Assembly (NCBI GenBank): GCA_017514665.1
Contig: JAFWIX010000005.1
Coordinates: forward strand, 26,991 to 90,990
DNA: 64,000 nucleotides
DNA from: Candidatus Saccharimonadota bacterium
GTDB lineage: Bacteria; Patescibacteriota; Saccharimonadia; Saccharimonadales; Saccharimonadaceae
Reading direction: 5' to 3'
This document shows positions 10,682 through 23,199 of this stretch, piece after piece. Position numbers and translations under genes: made by a program. The notes beneath the pieces are model-generated. The model was not told where the DNA came from and ran no database searches. It saw only the letters and a program-made list of their open reading frames with translations. Position 1 is the first letter of the stretch, and each line of letters opens with the position of its first letter.

Positions 10682-12166
10682 CTACGACCCACTCCTTAGG
10701 CACCTCAATGAGTTGCCGTTGACGCGATTGTTGGTATTGGACGGATACACAGTACTGGCATAGACGAGGAGGTAGCTCATATTGCTCGTACCGTACCAAG
10801 TAGAAGACCAGAAGCCGCCGAACGAACCCTGATTGCGCGCCGAGTCATCGTAGAAGAGGCCAGAGAGAGGCGTAGAGAGAGCGTTTTTGAAGTTAGTTTG
10901 GTTGGCAGAGTAGGCGGTATTATATAGGTAGTAATATTCACCACTACCAGAAGTAGTAGTAGGCATATGCCAACCAGCTGGGCAGATATCGGCGTCTATG
11001 TCGTAGAGAGTATCAGATTTAGGGTCTGATTCGGGAGAGCCGGTAGAACTTGTACCATTACCCCAACAATATGAGCCGGCCGAGGCGGCACAGTAGTTAT
11101 AGTAGACACCAATCTTGCCACTACCATTACCATAAGTAACAGAAGCTACGGTGTCTGGGTTCCAAGTATCGTCATTGGCGTTCTTAATAGCAATAAGAGG
11201 AGCGGAGTAGCTATAACTACTAGTCCAATAAGCTACTCCAGCAGTAGGGTATTGGTCTGAAGTAGTACCAGTATTTACACCTTTAAGGTAGTTTAGATAA
11301 GTATCTGAAGCGTTAGTGTTTGATGAGGTGATGTTGTTTTTAGAAGCAACTAAGTCTAAAGCTAAGTTATCTAGCATCCAACAATTACCATCAGCGAGTT
11401 TTGCTACAGCATAGGATTTATTGTCTCTTGGGTCTACTACAGTATAAGTAGTTTCTGTTGGTGTATCTGAACAAGTATTAGCATCTATGTCTATCATACT
11501 CATACCATTAGTAATGGGATGAGGTACATAGTTAGTTACAGCTGTAAAGGTAACAGAAGTAGAGTAGGTGCCAGAAGGTTTACTTATATCTACTTTAGCG
11601 CCAAAGGTAATGTCAGTATTTGAAGTAGTGGCAGGAGTATTAGTAGCTTTAATTACGTGGTTTGGCGCATAGTTAGAGGAAGTAGATTCGTAAGCTAACA
11701 CTGGGCAGTAGTTTGATGCACAGTTATAACCACCGGTCTCACTTGATTTATCTAGACCTCCAGTGTAGCCCCATGAGTTTACTGGAAAGTTTGATGAAGA
11801 ATAGGCTTGGCTTAGTGTAGGAATAGTGGCAGCAGGAGAAGCTGCAGAATTAGTAAGGGCTGTAGGAGAACCATTAGTGGTATTCATCTGCAATGTATAG
11901 CCAGTAATATTATTAGTACCTACACCAATAGAAGCTACTGTAGTACAAAGCTGTGCAGCAGCTGCTGTAGCTCCGGGAGTACAGTTAAGTGTAGCAGTAG
12001 ATGGAGCAGAGATATTAATTACACTATCTACATTTAACTGAACTTCAGTGTCTGTACTAGCGGAAGATTCTGCATAAGTAAGATTAATATTACTATTAAG
12101 GGCAAATAAACCAGAAAGTACAAAAAGGCTCATGATAGTTAGTCTTAATATATTCTTCTGCTTCAT
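10682..12166 (-). CDS. Secreted FISUMP-domain surface protein, paralog 2
   Basis: About 91% aa identical to paralog 1 over ~228 central residues; ends GNSLRCLRSGS; start placed at MKQKNILR (12166), downstream of TTGACA-18-TATAAT (12227-12198). Confidence 0.85.
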   Translation of the reverse strand: MKQKNILRLTIMSLFVLSGLFALNSNINLTYAESSASTDTEVQLNVDSVINISAPSTATLNCTPGATAAAAQLCTTVASIGVGTNNITGYTLQMNTTNGSPTALTNSAASPAATIPTLSQAYSSSNFPVNSWGYTGGLDKSSETGGYNCASNYCPVLAYESTSSNYAPNHVIKATNTPATTSNTDITFGAKVDISKPSGTYSTSVTFTAVTNYVPHPITNGMSMIDIDANTCSDTPTETTYTVVDPRDNKSYAVAKLADGNCWMLDNLALDLVASKNNITSSNTNASDTYLNYLKGVNTGTTSDQYPTAGVAYWTSSYSYSAPLIAIKNANDDTWNPDTVASVTYGNGSGKIGVYYNYCAASAGSYCWGNGTSSTGSPESDPKSDTLYDIDADICPAGWHMPTTTSGSGEYYYLYNTAYSANQTNFKNALSTPLSGLFYDDSARNQGSFGGFWSSTWYGTSNMSYLLVYASTVYPSNTNNRVNGNSLRCLRSGS

Positions 12167-12286
12167 ATCTGTTTTACGACCTTGTTTATACATAATCATT
12201 ATACATCTCAACAGAGACAAATGTCAATAAATATTGTCAAAATTACAACATTTTCTAAATACTTCGTCCGGTGATATAATTAAAAT

Positions 12287-12700
12287 ATGAGTAAACAGAA
12301 AACTCCGGCCACTATCACCGTTAACCGCCGCGCCCATTACGATTACCATCTCGGCGATGAACTTTCTTGTGGCCTTAGTTTGTCTGGCAATGAGGTTCGT
12401 TTGATTCGCGATAATCACGTTCAGCTCAAAGGTTCCTTCGTCACCGTTAAAGAGCACGAACTTTGGCTCAATAACCTCACGCTTGGCGCTGATACTGCCA
12501 AGAATATTAAACTACTGGCTACCAAAAAACAAATTGCCACTTTAGAGCGCGCCCGTCAAGACGGGCTGCAAATAGTTCCAGTGCGCCTACTCGCCGGTGG
12601 TCGCTATATTAAGCTTATCATTGCTACTGGAAAATCAAAGAAAAAATACGACAAACGCGAAACCATTAAAAAACGTGATTTAGAAAGGGGAAGATACTAA
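12287..12700 (+). CDS. smpB: SsrA-binding protein
   Basis: NRRAHYDY, GLSLSGNEV, KKKYDKRETIKKRD. Confidence 0.92.
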   Translation: MSKQKTPATITVNRRAHYDYHLGDELSCGLSLSGNEVRLIRDNHVQLKGSFVTVKEHELWLNNLTLGADTAKNIKLLATKKQIATLERARQDGLQIVPVRLLAGGRYIKLIIATGKSKKKYDKRETIKKRDLERGRY

Positions 12701-13476
12701 TGAAAATTTACTCTTGGAATGTCAACGGGCTCAGGGCAGTCTTGCGCAAAAACTCTTTGCAGGATTTCCTCGCTTCCGAAAAACCCGACATCGTCTGCCT
12801 CCAGGAAATCAAAGCCAAAAAAGATCAAGTTGAAGTCGATTTTCCCGAATTTGTCGAATATTGGAATCCCGCCGAACGCGCCGGTTACTCTGGCACTGCT
12901 ACTTTTGTCGCCAACGGTGTCAATTGTCTTGGCGGCGTCACGCAACAACTCAATGGTTCCGACCCAGTAAACACCGAGGGGCGCATTCTTGTCACTGAAT
13001 TCCCATATTTTTATCTCGTCAACGTTTACACTCCCAATTCCAAGCGCGACCTTTCGCGACTCAAACTCCGTGAAGATTTTTGGGATCCTGAATTTCTCAA
13101 TCTCTTACGTCGCCTAGAACAAACTAAACCTATCGTCGCTTGTGGCGATTTCAATGCCGCTCATACTCCGCTTGACCTGGCTCGCCCCGATGCCAACACC
13201 AAAAATGCCGGCTTTACCGAAGAAGAACGCCAAGGAATTAAAAATCTCCTCTCGGCCGGTTTTATTGATACTTTCCGCCATTTTTATCCAAGCATTCAAC
13301 GCTACACCTGGTGGTCACACTGGGGCAATGCCCGCGCCAATAACGTCGGTTGGCGTATTGATTATTTCTTCATCTCGCCCAAACTTCTGCCTTATCTTAA
13401 AAATGCCGAAATCCACGAGCACATCGTGGGCTCTGACCACTGTCCTGTTTCCATCACTTTGGATTTGCCATTATGA
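12700..13476 (+). CDS. xth: Exodeoxyribonuclease III
   Basis: SWNVNGLRA, CLQEIK, CGDFNAAH, GWRIDYF, GSDHCP. Confidence 0.95.
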   Translation: MKIYSWNVNGLRAVLRKNSLQDFLASEKPDIVCLQEIKAKKDQVEVDFPEFVEYWNPAERAGYSGTATFVANGVNCLGGVTQQLNGSDPVNTEGRILVTEFPYFYLVNVYTPNSKRDLSRLKLREDFWDPEFLNLLRRLEQTKPIVACGDFNAAHTPLDLARPDANTKNAGFTEEERQGIKNLLSAGFIDTFRHFYPSIQRYTWWSHWGNARANNVGWRIDYFFISPKLLPYLKNAEIHEHIVGSDHCPVSITLDLPL

Positions 13477-14273
13477 ACCCAAATTATTGGCAAAAACAGT
13501 CAAAACCCCTCTTTGAAAATCTCACTTGGAATATTCCTGAACAAAAACAGGGAATTATCGCCCTAATCGGTGGCAACAGTCAAAATTTCCGCACTATCGA
13601 ACGCACTGCCAGCCACCTTGCCAACAATTTTCCTCTCAAATCAGTCGAAATTGTACTACCAGACAGTCTCGAAAAAAAGCTCCCGCCGCTCGAAAATTTT
13701 CACTTCATGCCTTCTACTACTAGTGGCTCATTTGCCAATTCTACTAAATTTACAAAGTTTTGTAGCGCGTCGCCAAACGCCGAATCTGCCTCTGTTATTT
13801 TGCTTGGTGATTTTTCCAAGAATGCCGAAACCGCCACTGCGCTCACCGAATTCATTAAACGCACCCCTAATCCCATTTATGCCACCCGCGACACCATAGA
13901 TTTAATTACCGAAGATGCCACCGGCTGGATCGAACAAAGCAATATCAACCTCATCGCCTCCATGGCGCAACTCCAAAAACTTTTCAAAGCAATCTATTTT
14001 CCCAAAATGTTATTGCTTTCTAGCCCGTTACTACCTATAATTGAAGCTTTGCACAAATTCACGCTCAGCTACCCATGCACTATTACTACTTTTCACGAAG
14101 GTCAAATTATCACCGCTCACGACGGTAATATTGTCACTACGCCCATTAAAAACACCAAATATAGCCCCATTTCACTATGGAATGGTACTCTTACGGCTAA
14201 TATCGCCACGATGAACCTATTTAGTCCCGAAAAAACTCTTGAAGCCTCAGCAGCTGCGATATATCTCGATTAA
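13473..14273 (+). CDS. YjeF C-terminal / NnrD-like ribokinase-fold protein (divergent)
   Basis: KQGIIALIGGNS N-terminal motif typical of NnrD; C-terminal motif degenerate (LWNGTL in place of GxGDxL). Confidence 0.55.
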   Translation: MNPNYWQKQSKPLFENLTWNIPEQKQGIIALIGGNSQNFRTIERTASHLANNFPLKSVEIVLPDSLEKKLPPLENFHFMPSTTSGSFANSTKFTKFCSASPNAESASVILLGDFSKNAETATALTEFIKRTPNPIYATRDTIDLITEDATGWIEQSNINLIASMAQLQKLFKAIYFPKMLLLSSPLLPIIEALHKFTLSYPCTITTFHEGQIITAHDGNIVTTPIKNTKYSPISLWNGTLTANIATMNLFSPEKTLEASAAAIYLD

Positions 14274-15470
14274 TTCGTCAATTTTTGCGGATTGCAAGAT
14301 TTCTTTGCGGTGTTTTAGCATCACTTGACTCATCTTTTTAATCCTATCTGGATGCTTTGCCAAATCTCGCAAGGCTTTTACCATTGCTTCTACTGATGGC
14401 TCTTTGGTGCATACATAGCTCCCAGTCGGCATCACTTCTTTCATATCCGGATCACAGAAAAACACCGGACAACCATTGGCCTCTGACTCAAGTAGCGTCA
14501 TAGATTGTATATCAAAATTATACGAAGTCAACGCGCTGATATGACATTCACTCATTTTGGCAAAAATTTCTTTGCGTTCAGCTGAGCCGTATAATTTAGC
14601 ATTTAGATTCCATCGCAAAATTATCGCTTGTGCCACCAAAAAATCATTACCGATGCCATAAGCGTGTAATTCATAAGGCATATCTAAATCTTTTAAGGCC
14701 AGCAAAAAACCACGAAACCGTTTTTCTCGCGAAATCCGACTGTGCCAAATTATTTTTAGTGGCTCTCCTTCTTTTAGCTCGCGCACCTTTACATTTTTTA
14801 TCAATAAATTATCCGCTACGCCATTTGACAACTGCTGAATTGGCTGTTTTACACCGTAATGTTTTAATTTTTTACCAAAATGTTTGGACGGAACCACCAC
14901 AATATCTGCCATATTAGCGTGATTGACCATTAGTTCCCACATCTTGGCTCTCGTCAAGCTAGTTGCTAGATAATCATCTTTGTGCACTTTAATCTTATGT
15001 GGAATATAGCCAGCATGCGCTCTATTTAGAACCGTTGCCACAAAAGCCTTAAATGGATGCGGCACATTTACTGCTATGGCCGAATCTTCACGCCCATGCA
15101 TCGTCTGTACCAATGGTATTTTAAATTGTTTTGCCAACAAAATTCCCGCCAAACTGCAACCAGCTTCATAATGTACATGTACCACATCAAAGCTTGCAAA
15201 ATTTGGATATTTCCGAATAATAAAATCACGCACGCATCCCGGATTACGTGCCATCGGCACGCCACCAAAATGCCACACTTTGCAAGTTGGTACGACTATC
15301 ACATTCTTACGCTCTGTGGGGGGTAATTTTACTAAGGAGCCGTCTAGGCCAGGACAGAACAATATTACTTCATGTCCTAGGCGTTCTAGGCCCTGTTTTT
15401 GTGCCCTTACCGACGAAGCAATTCCGCTTGCCACTTCCAAGTAAGCGTCAGTAAAAATTGCAATTTTCAT
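14247..15470 (-). CDS. GT4 family glycosyltransferase
   Basis: MKIAIFTDAY, HSRISREK, DIQSMTLLESEANG. Confidence 0.85.
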   Translation of the reverse strand: MKIAIFTDAYLEVASGIASSVRAQKQGLERLGHEVILFCPGLDGSLVKLPPTERKNVIVVPTCKVWHFGGVPMARNPGCVRDFIIRKYPNFASFDVVHVHYEAGCSLAGILLAKQFKIPLVQTMHGREDSAIAVNVPHPFKAFVATVLNRAHAGYIPHKIKVHKDDYLATSLTRAKMWELMVNHANMADIVVVPSKHFGKKLKHYGVKQPIQQLSNGVADNLLIKNVKVRELKEGEPLKIIWHSRISREKRFRGFLLALKDLDMPYELHAYGIGNDFLVAQAIILRWNLNAKLYGSAERKEIFAKMSECHISALTSYNFDIQSMTLLESEANGCPVFFCDPDMKEVMPTGSYVCTKEPSVEAMVKALRDLAKHPDRIKKMSQVMLKHRKEILQSAKIDELIEIYRSC

Positions 15471-15525
15471 GCTTTTATTTTACCATATTTCAAGGTATAA
15501 TATAACAGTAATAAAAAGGAGCTAT

Positions 15526-16491
15526 ATGTATAAAACCGCCGAAAGCGTTTCGCCCAAACACCCAGATAAATTATGCGATCAAATTAGTGATGCCATTCTA
15601 GATGCTCATTTCGAACAAGACCCCAATTCTCGCGTCGCCGTAGAAGTTTGCGGCGGCCACGAACAAGTTTTTATCACTGGTGAAGTCACTTCTACTACTA
15701 AAGTGACCGACGACGAAATCAAAGCCATTGTTGATCGCATTACCGGCGAAAAATACAAAATCTTCATTAATCTAGTTAAACAATCACCCGAAATCGCTCA
15801 AGGTGTTGATACTGGCGGTGCCGGCGACCAGGGAATTATGATCGGTTATGCCACCGACGAGACCCCTGAAATGTTACCACGCGAAGTTGTCCTCGCTCGT
15901 CGTCTCAATCAATTTATTTACGAAAAATATCCTTATGATGGCAAAACCCAATTTACTTTAAAAGATGACGCCGTAGATTCTATTGTTGCTAGTTTTCAGA
16001 ATGTCAGTACTAAAGATTTAAAAGCCCGTGTCGAAGAGTTCCTCAAAAATAATCACATCACAGAAAAACCCACTATGCACCTTAATCCCGCCGGCGACTG
16101 GCATCAAGGTGGTTTTGCTGCTGATACTGGTCTCACTGGTCGCAAATTAATCGTCGATAATTATGGTCCTCGCATTCCCATCGGTGGTGGTGCTTTTTCC
16201 GGCAAAGATCCTAGCAAAGTAGATCGCTCTGCTGCCTACATGGCTCGTCGTATCGCCGTAGATTATCTCAGAAAACGTCAAGCTCACGAAGTTTTTGTGC
16301 GCCTCGCTTACGCCATTGGTGTTGCTGAACCATTAGAGCAAACTGTCATCATTGACGGCAAACCCGAAATCATCGAAGGTTACGACCTTACACCAAAGGG
16401 AATCACCAAATATCTAGATTTGCTTCGTCCTATCTACGAAGCCACTGCTCGTTATGGCCACTTCGGCGAAGGGTTTGATTGGGATAAGTAA
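15526..16491 (+). CDS. metK: S-adenosylmethionine synthetase (compact)
   Basis: AESVSPKHPDKLCDQISD, GAGDQG, GLTGRK, GGGAFSGKD; start at ATG 15526 after SD AAAGGAG. Confidence 0.96.
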   Translation: MYKTAESVSPKHPDKLCDQISDAILDAHFEQDPNSRVAVEVCGGHEQVFITGEVTSTTKVTDDEIKAIVDRITGEKYKIFINLVKQSPEIAQGVDTGGAGDQGIMIGYATDETPEMLPREVVLARRLNQFIYEKYPYDGKTQFTLKDDAVDSIVASFQNVSTKDLKARVEEFLKNNHITEKPTMHLNPAGDWHQGGFAADTGLTGRKLIVDNYGPRIPIGGGAFSGKDPSKVDRSAAYMARRIAVDYLRKRQAHEVFVRLAYAIGVAEPLEQTVIIDGKPEIIEGYDLTPKGITKYLDLLRPIYEATARYGHFGEGFDWDK

Positions 16492-16503
16492 TTAGTTCTT
16501 TGC

Positions 16504-19500
16504 TTAAAAACTACCTCCACCGCCGCCACCAGCCCCAAAAGCATTAGGGTTCATCAAATCACCCAAATAAGCATACGAGTAATGGCTCGGTGGAGCTAAT
16601 TCTCTACAACCAGGCCAATAATCGGTATAGCCGTTATGCCATGACGCTTCGCAAATCACAATCTTTTTGCCACCATCACTCACACCCATTACTACACCTG
16701 TATGATTAGGGCTGTTTGTACTAAATACTGCATATGGCTGCGGTTCGTTTCCAGTTTTAACTCCATGTTCGCTAGCTAACTTATTGACAGTATCAGATCC
16801 TTGGCGCAACCCAACACCTTTCGGGCCTAATGTTGTATATCGATTTGCAAACCATTGCGAAAACGCTGAACAGTTATTTAATGTCCCATGAGGCGAACAG
16901 CCACCACTAGGGCATTGGATCATTGCGCCCTCAAACATATACGTGCTCTTCTTCTCCTTTTTAGCGGCTTCCTTACGATAGCCAGATTCCATCCACGCTT
17001 TGGCCTCCGCCAATGTCATACCACCCTCTTTCAAACCAGTACCCCCTGTACTATCGCCCACCTCTTCGCAATAGTCGCAATTATCTTCAGCTGCTTTCTT
17101 TTCTTCCACTTTACCTTTGTAGCGAAAAACATGAAAGCCGCTCAAAACTTTTTTAACTTCTTTGTCAATCGCTCCGTAAGCTTTGTAATAATGTCCTTCT
17201 GACAAGTACCCCTTACCATCTACTTCCACGTATATTGCAGCATGTCCTTTTACGTTACCGGGCCTAATCAAAACATCGCCCGACTGATAATCAGATACCT
17301 TTTCTATTTTTACTTCCTCCCAGTTTTCCGTATCTTTCTGCAATTGTTTTTGAATCCACGACGGGCTACGATGTACTTTTTCGGTATCAATTACGCCAGC
17401 ATATTTTAAGACGGTAGTTGCATAAATAGAGCAGCTCGCCCCATCATTTGAAGTACCATACTTATACTTCTTTTTCGTAATTTCGTCAAAATACTTTCTA
17501 CCGGCTGGAGTCCAGTTGCCCTCTTTCGTGCTTCTGTTTACTTTATATTTAGATTTTGCTGTTCCTTTTGGCCAACCAAGTTCTAACGCCGCCGCCGCTA
17601 TATTACCAGTACCTCTTGCGCTTTCACCAGTTGTCGTACTAGTCTCTGTACTAGTTTCCGTACTATTCGTCGTACTGCTTGAAGCCTTTAAACTATTTGA
17701 GGTTCCGGCATTTTTTAACATTTCTTCGGTGATTACGGTCTGTTGCTCTTTGGCGTTCTTAGGACGCAAAGCCCAGGTAACACGTTCGTCGGAAGACTCC
17801 TCCACTGCCAAATAAGCTCCTGCTTTTCCATTATATTTTCTCTTCATATGGGACTGGACACCATAATGTTTATTGCCTATTTTACCTATATAAACCCAGA
17901 CGTGCCCTTCACGCAACGCTACATCACCAGGTTGGAAATCATCCAATGAGGATGTTTTTATAACGTCCCACTTTTTATTTCCGCCGTCTTTCGCAAGAGG
18001 AATCATGCCAGCACCCAAACCGCCAGGAAAATTCTTGTCAACGCCAGAATATCTCACGACGACTGCAGCACCAATATCGCAAGCAGCCCCTGAAGCACGC
18101 TGACCATTCCCGTGCCCCTTAAACACTGCATCATTCGCTGCTTTAAAGTTTGCCGTTGGATGACCACCATGCCAAGCTCGGTCTTTATCAGAAACATCTA
18201 TTGGATGTGCCAAACATATTGCCGTAGCCACCACATCCATATTGTTCTGTGCGCAATTACTGCCGCTGGACCCAGCAACACATTTTGGCGTACCTTGAGT
18301 ACGATAAATACGATAATTATCATTTCCACCAAAGAAGTTCTTATAGCCAGCCCAATAACCTGGATCGTTTTCTCCTGCTATCGACGCCGCCAAAATATAT
18401 CCCTGACCATCACGCTGCCCATAAATTTCGATATGTGAATCGCCCTTTACACGGATATCTCCTGGTTGATAAGTCTCTTCCTTTGAAGCATCGCCATTCA
18501 CTAATGTATATGTCTCAGGGTGATTCTTCATATATTCTTCTTGGGTACTAACATAGCCATATGGAAAATCACTATCAACACCAGATGCCCTCACTACTGT
18601 AGCTACATAATGTGTACAAGCTTTTCCGTGATCAACACAAGTACCCGGGCATTTCGCCTCTTCTTGTGCCTTTAGATACGCTTCAGTTGGTCCTTGTTTT
18701 GCTGAATCCATCGGTTGATCTGCTAACTCCCACGCCTTATCGTGCAAACTTGAAGTGACGTCGCTATTTGATGCTCCCACCGTAGATGACGATTCGCCGT
18801 TACTAATAAAAGTTCTACCAGATTGTCTGCTATATATCTCATTGGCCCGTTTACGGCGATTAGACATATTCTCGCCATTTATTTTGGCAGGGTCTACGCA
18901 GTCCGCACAACGTTCTACGCTTTTAGCGAAATAATTTGCCGCATCGTCAGGAGAATTCTTTTTATAAAGTTCCTGATAGCTCTTATCTATCTCGGACTTC
19001 AAAAATTCTATTTCCGCTTGATACAACTTATTTGCGTCTTCGTGACCAACTTTTTCAATAAACTGATCGCCAGAAAGTCCACCATAGGTTGACCCTTCTT
19101 CAAGATATTTGACTAAGCTAGGAAATCTCTTTTTAACGTAATTAGCCATTTCTGGTCGACGTCCACCATCCCACTGAATCAGACCCAAGCCCTTGCCAGA
19201 ATCTTTATCCCAGATTGAGCTCGAAAAACCATTGCCAGTACCTTGGTGACGGCTCGGGCCTAGACCGCTCTCGCCCACCATATTGCCCATCACGCCAGCT
19301 GCTTGTTCTTCCTTCATGAAGCTTGTTAACCCAGACCACACTTTTTCTTCAGCCGTAGTACCAGATATTGAAACTATACCACTCAAAAAACTATTGCCAC
19401 TACTTTCGGCCGTGCACGGTTCATAGAATACGATTCTGTTTTGTGAAAAAATCGTCTGCTCTTCTTTTATTAGAGGGTTTTCTTCGGCAAAAGCTAACTG

Positions 19501-19644
19501 GTTTGATAAGCATGATTTCGCTACTTTGAGATTTATCGTTCCGATAATTTTTGTAATTTCATTACCACTCAAAATTATACCAGATGCCAAAAACACTACT
19601 AATATCAAACCAAAGATTTTATGTTTTTGCACAAAATTAAACAT
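16504..19644 (-). CDS. Secreted multidomain peptidoglycan hydrolase: phage-tail-lysozyme-like domain plus four NlpC/P60-CHAP-like domains
   Basis: Signal anchor; [22 protein letters not shown]; four Cys...His pairs (KACTHY/SHIEIY, AACDIG/GHVWVY, ASCSIY/GHAAIY, NNCSAF/NHTGVV). Confidence 0.8.
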   Translation of the reverse strand: MFNFVQKHKIFGLILVVFLASGIILSGNEITKIIGTINLKVAKSCLSNQLAFAEENPLIKEEQTIFSQNRIVFYEPCTAESSGNSFLSGIVSISGTTAEEKVWSGLTSFMKEEQAAGVMGNMVGESGLGPSRHQGTGNGFSSSIWDKDSGKGLGLIQWDGGRRPEMANYVKKRFPSLVKYLEEGSTYGGLSGDQFIEKVGHEDANKLYQAEIEFLKSEIDKSYQELYKKNSPDDAANYFAKSVERCADCVDPAKINGENMSNRRKRANEIYSRQSGRTFISNGESSSTVGASNSDVTSSLHDKAWELADQPMDSAKQGPTEAYLKAQEEAKCPGTCVDHGKACTHYVATVVRASGVDSDFPYGYVSTQEEYMKNHPETYTLVNGDASKEETYQPGDIRVKGDSHIEIYGQRDGQGYILAASIAGENDPGYWAGYKNFFGGNDNYRIYRTQGTPKCVAGSSGSNCAQNNMDVVATAICLAHPIDVSDKDRAWHGGHPTANFKAANDAVFKGHGNGQRASGAACDIGAAVVVRYSGVDKNFPGGLGAGMIPLAKDGGNKKWDVIKTSSLDDFQPGDVALREGHVWVYIGKIGNKHYGVQSHMKRKYNGKAGAYLAVEESSDERVTWALRPKNAKEQQTVITEEMLKNAGTSNSLKASSSTTNSTETSTETSTTTGESARGTGNIAAAALELGWPKGTAKSKYKVNRSTKEGNWTPAGRKYFDEITKKKYKYGTSNDGASCSIYATTVLKYAGVIDTEKVHRSPSWIQKQLQKDTENWEEVKIEKVSDYQSGDVLIRPGNVKGHAAIYVEVDGKGYLSEGHYYKAYGAIDKEVKKVLSGFHVFRYKGKVEEKKAAEDNCDYCEEVGDSTGGTGLKEGGMTLAEAKAWMESGYRKEAAKKEKKSTYMFEGAMIQCPSGGCSPHGTLNNCSAFSQWFANRYTTLGPKGVGLRQGSDTVNKLASEHGVKTGNEPQPYAVFSTNSPNHTGVVMGVSDGGKKIVICEASWHNGYTDYWPGCRELAPPSHYSYAYLGDLMNPNAFGAGGGGGGSF

Positions 19645-19707
19645 TATCTTTATTGTATCATATTTTTTATCAATTTATATCCCATTTTATGCTATAATAT
19701 ACCCATT

Positions 19708-19794
19708 GGGCGAGTGGCGGAATTGGTAGACGCGCTAGACTCAAAATCTGGTTCTTTCACGAGAGTAAGGGTTCAAGTCCCTTCTCGCCCACCA
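19708..19794 (+). tRNA. tRNA-Leu(CAA)
   Basis: GGGCGAG acceptor stem, anticodon loop CTCAAAA, long variable arm, GTTCAAG T-loop, encoded CCA. Confidence 0.97.
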
Positions 19795-19803
19795 TCAAAA
19801 ATT

Positions 19804-21985
<2,182 letters not shown>

Positions 21986-22003
21986 TTATGGTATAATAAG
22001 TCT

Positions 22004-23110
22004 ATGGATAATAATAACGGTGGGCTTTCTCCGACCGAGCGTCAACGCAAAACCGCCGCCGAAATCACCAGAAGAAGAGTGCTCGAAGCTTACGAAAAGC
22101 AAGGGCATTATACATCTGTCGAAAAATCCGAAAAACCCAAAGAACACATCAATAAAGAAGATTGGCAAAAATATCATTCTGCTTGGCAAAATTACTATCA
22201 GAAGTATTATGGTGATTATTATCGCAATGCGGCTCGCAATTACATCGCTAGCGAAAAACTCAAAGCCAAACGTCGCGCCGAAGAGGAAGAGCCGGAGCCC
22301 ACCATTAATCCTGCCGATACACTTCGCCAGCAAATCCAATCCGGCAACAAACCACGCCGCGCCCGAAAATTCTGGAAAAAGCACCATCGCCGCCTCATCC
22401 CTATTTTTGCTGGCGTCGCTGTAGTATTAGTATTCTTATTCTTGCAGTACAACCGCCTAATCTTTGCCCCAATTGCCGCCTATATATCACCAGGGAATGG
22501 CGAAGGCGCCACGATTACTGCGCTTGATTCTAGCACCAGTGTTAATGTTGGGCCAGACCCTAAACTCATCATTCCCAAACTCAACGTTGACGTACCAGTA
22601 CATTTCGGTATCAGTAACGACACTGCTACCGTCAATAATGCCATGAACAATGGTGTTGCGCACTTTGTGATTCCTGGAGGCAGCGCCTATCCAGGCCAGA
22701 TTGGCAATCTTATTATTACTGGGCACTCCGCCGGCGATGTTTATAGCAACAATCAATACAAATTTATCTTTTCGGGCCTAGAGCGCCTTGATGTTGGTGA
22801 CACTGTTTACATTAATTACGAATCTAAACGCTATACTTATTCGGTCGTCGGTTCCGAAATCGTCGAACCAGATGATCTTGCTGCTCTCACTAAAGAAACC
22901 GATAAACCCATGCTCACCCTCGTTACTTGCACGCCGCTTGGCACTTCGCGTTACCGCCTACTTGTTCACGCCGAGCAAATCAATCCGCCAGTTGACACCA
23001 ATACCGAAGCTGCCAACACCACCGCTTCTGCCGATCATTCTGAATCACTGCCGTCCAATGAAGATACTTTTTTTGAAGGCATCTGGAACTTTCTAACAGG
23101 TAAACAATAA
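22004..23110 (+). CDS. Sortase with long cytoplasmic N-terminal extension
   Basis: Single TM, ITGHS catalytic His, LTLVTCTPLGTSRYRL (TLxTC...R). Confidence 0.9.
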   Translation: MDNNNGGLSPTERQRKTAAEITRRRVLEAYEKQGHYTSVEKSEKPKEHINKEDWQKYHSAWQNYYQKYYGDYYRNAARNYIASEKLKAKRRAEEEEPEPTINPADTLRQQIQSGNKPRRARKFWKKHHRRLIPIFAGVAVVLVFLFLQYNRLIFAPIAAYISPGNGEGATITALDSSTSVNVGPDPKLIIPKLNVDVPVHFGISNDTATVNNAMNNGVAHFVIPGGSAYPGQIGNLIITGHSAGDVYSNNQYKFIFSGLERLDVGDTVYINYESKRYTYSVVGSEIVEPDDLAALTKETDKPMLTLVTCTPLGTSRYRLLVHAEQINPPVDTNTEAANTTASADHSESLPSNEDTFFEGIWNFLTGKQ

Positions 23111-23113
23111 TAA

Positions 23114-23199
23114 AGAAGGCTACTAGGTTTTTTGCGAGGGAGTAAAGCTTGGGCTAGCGCCCTTGAGCGCTCCCGAGCAAAAACGCCTAGCAGCCTTCT
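23114..23199. repeat. Multi-stem palindromic element E1 between convergent genes
   Basis: AGAAGGCTACTAGG-TTTTTTGC ... GCAAAAACGCCTAGCAGCCTTCT terminal inverted repeat; inner GGGAG/CTCCC and GGGC/GCCC stems. Confidence 0.7.

Noticed and set aside
19621-19803. N-terminal extension of the queA ORF
   Set aside because: It reads through tRNA-Leu; the true start is 19804
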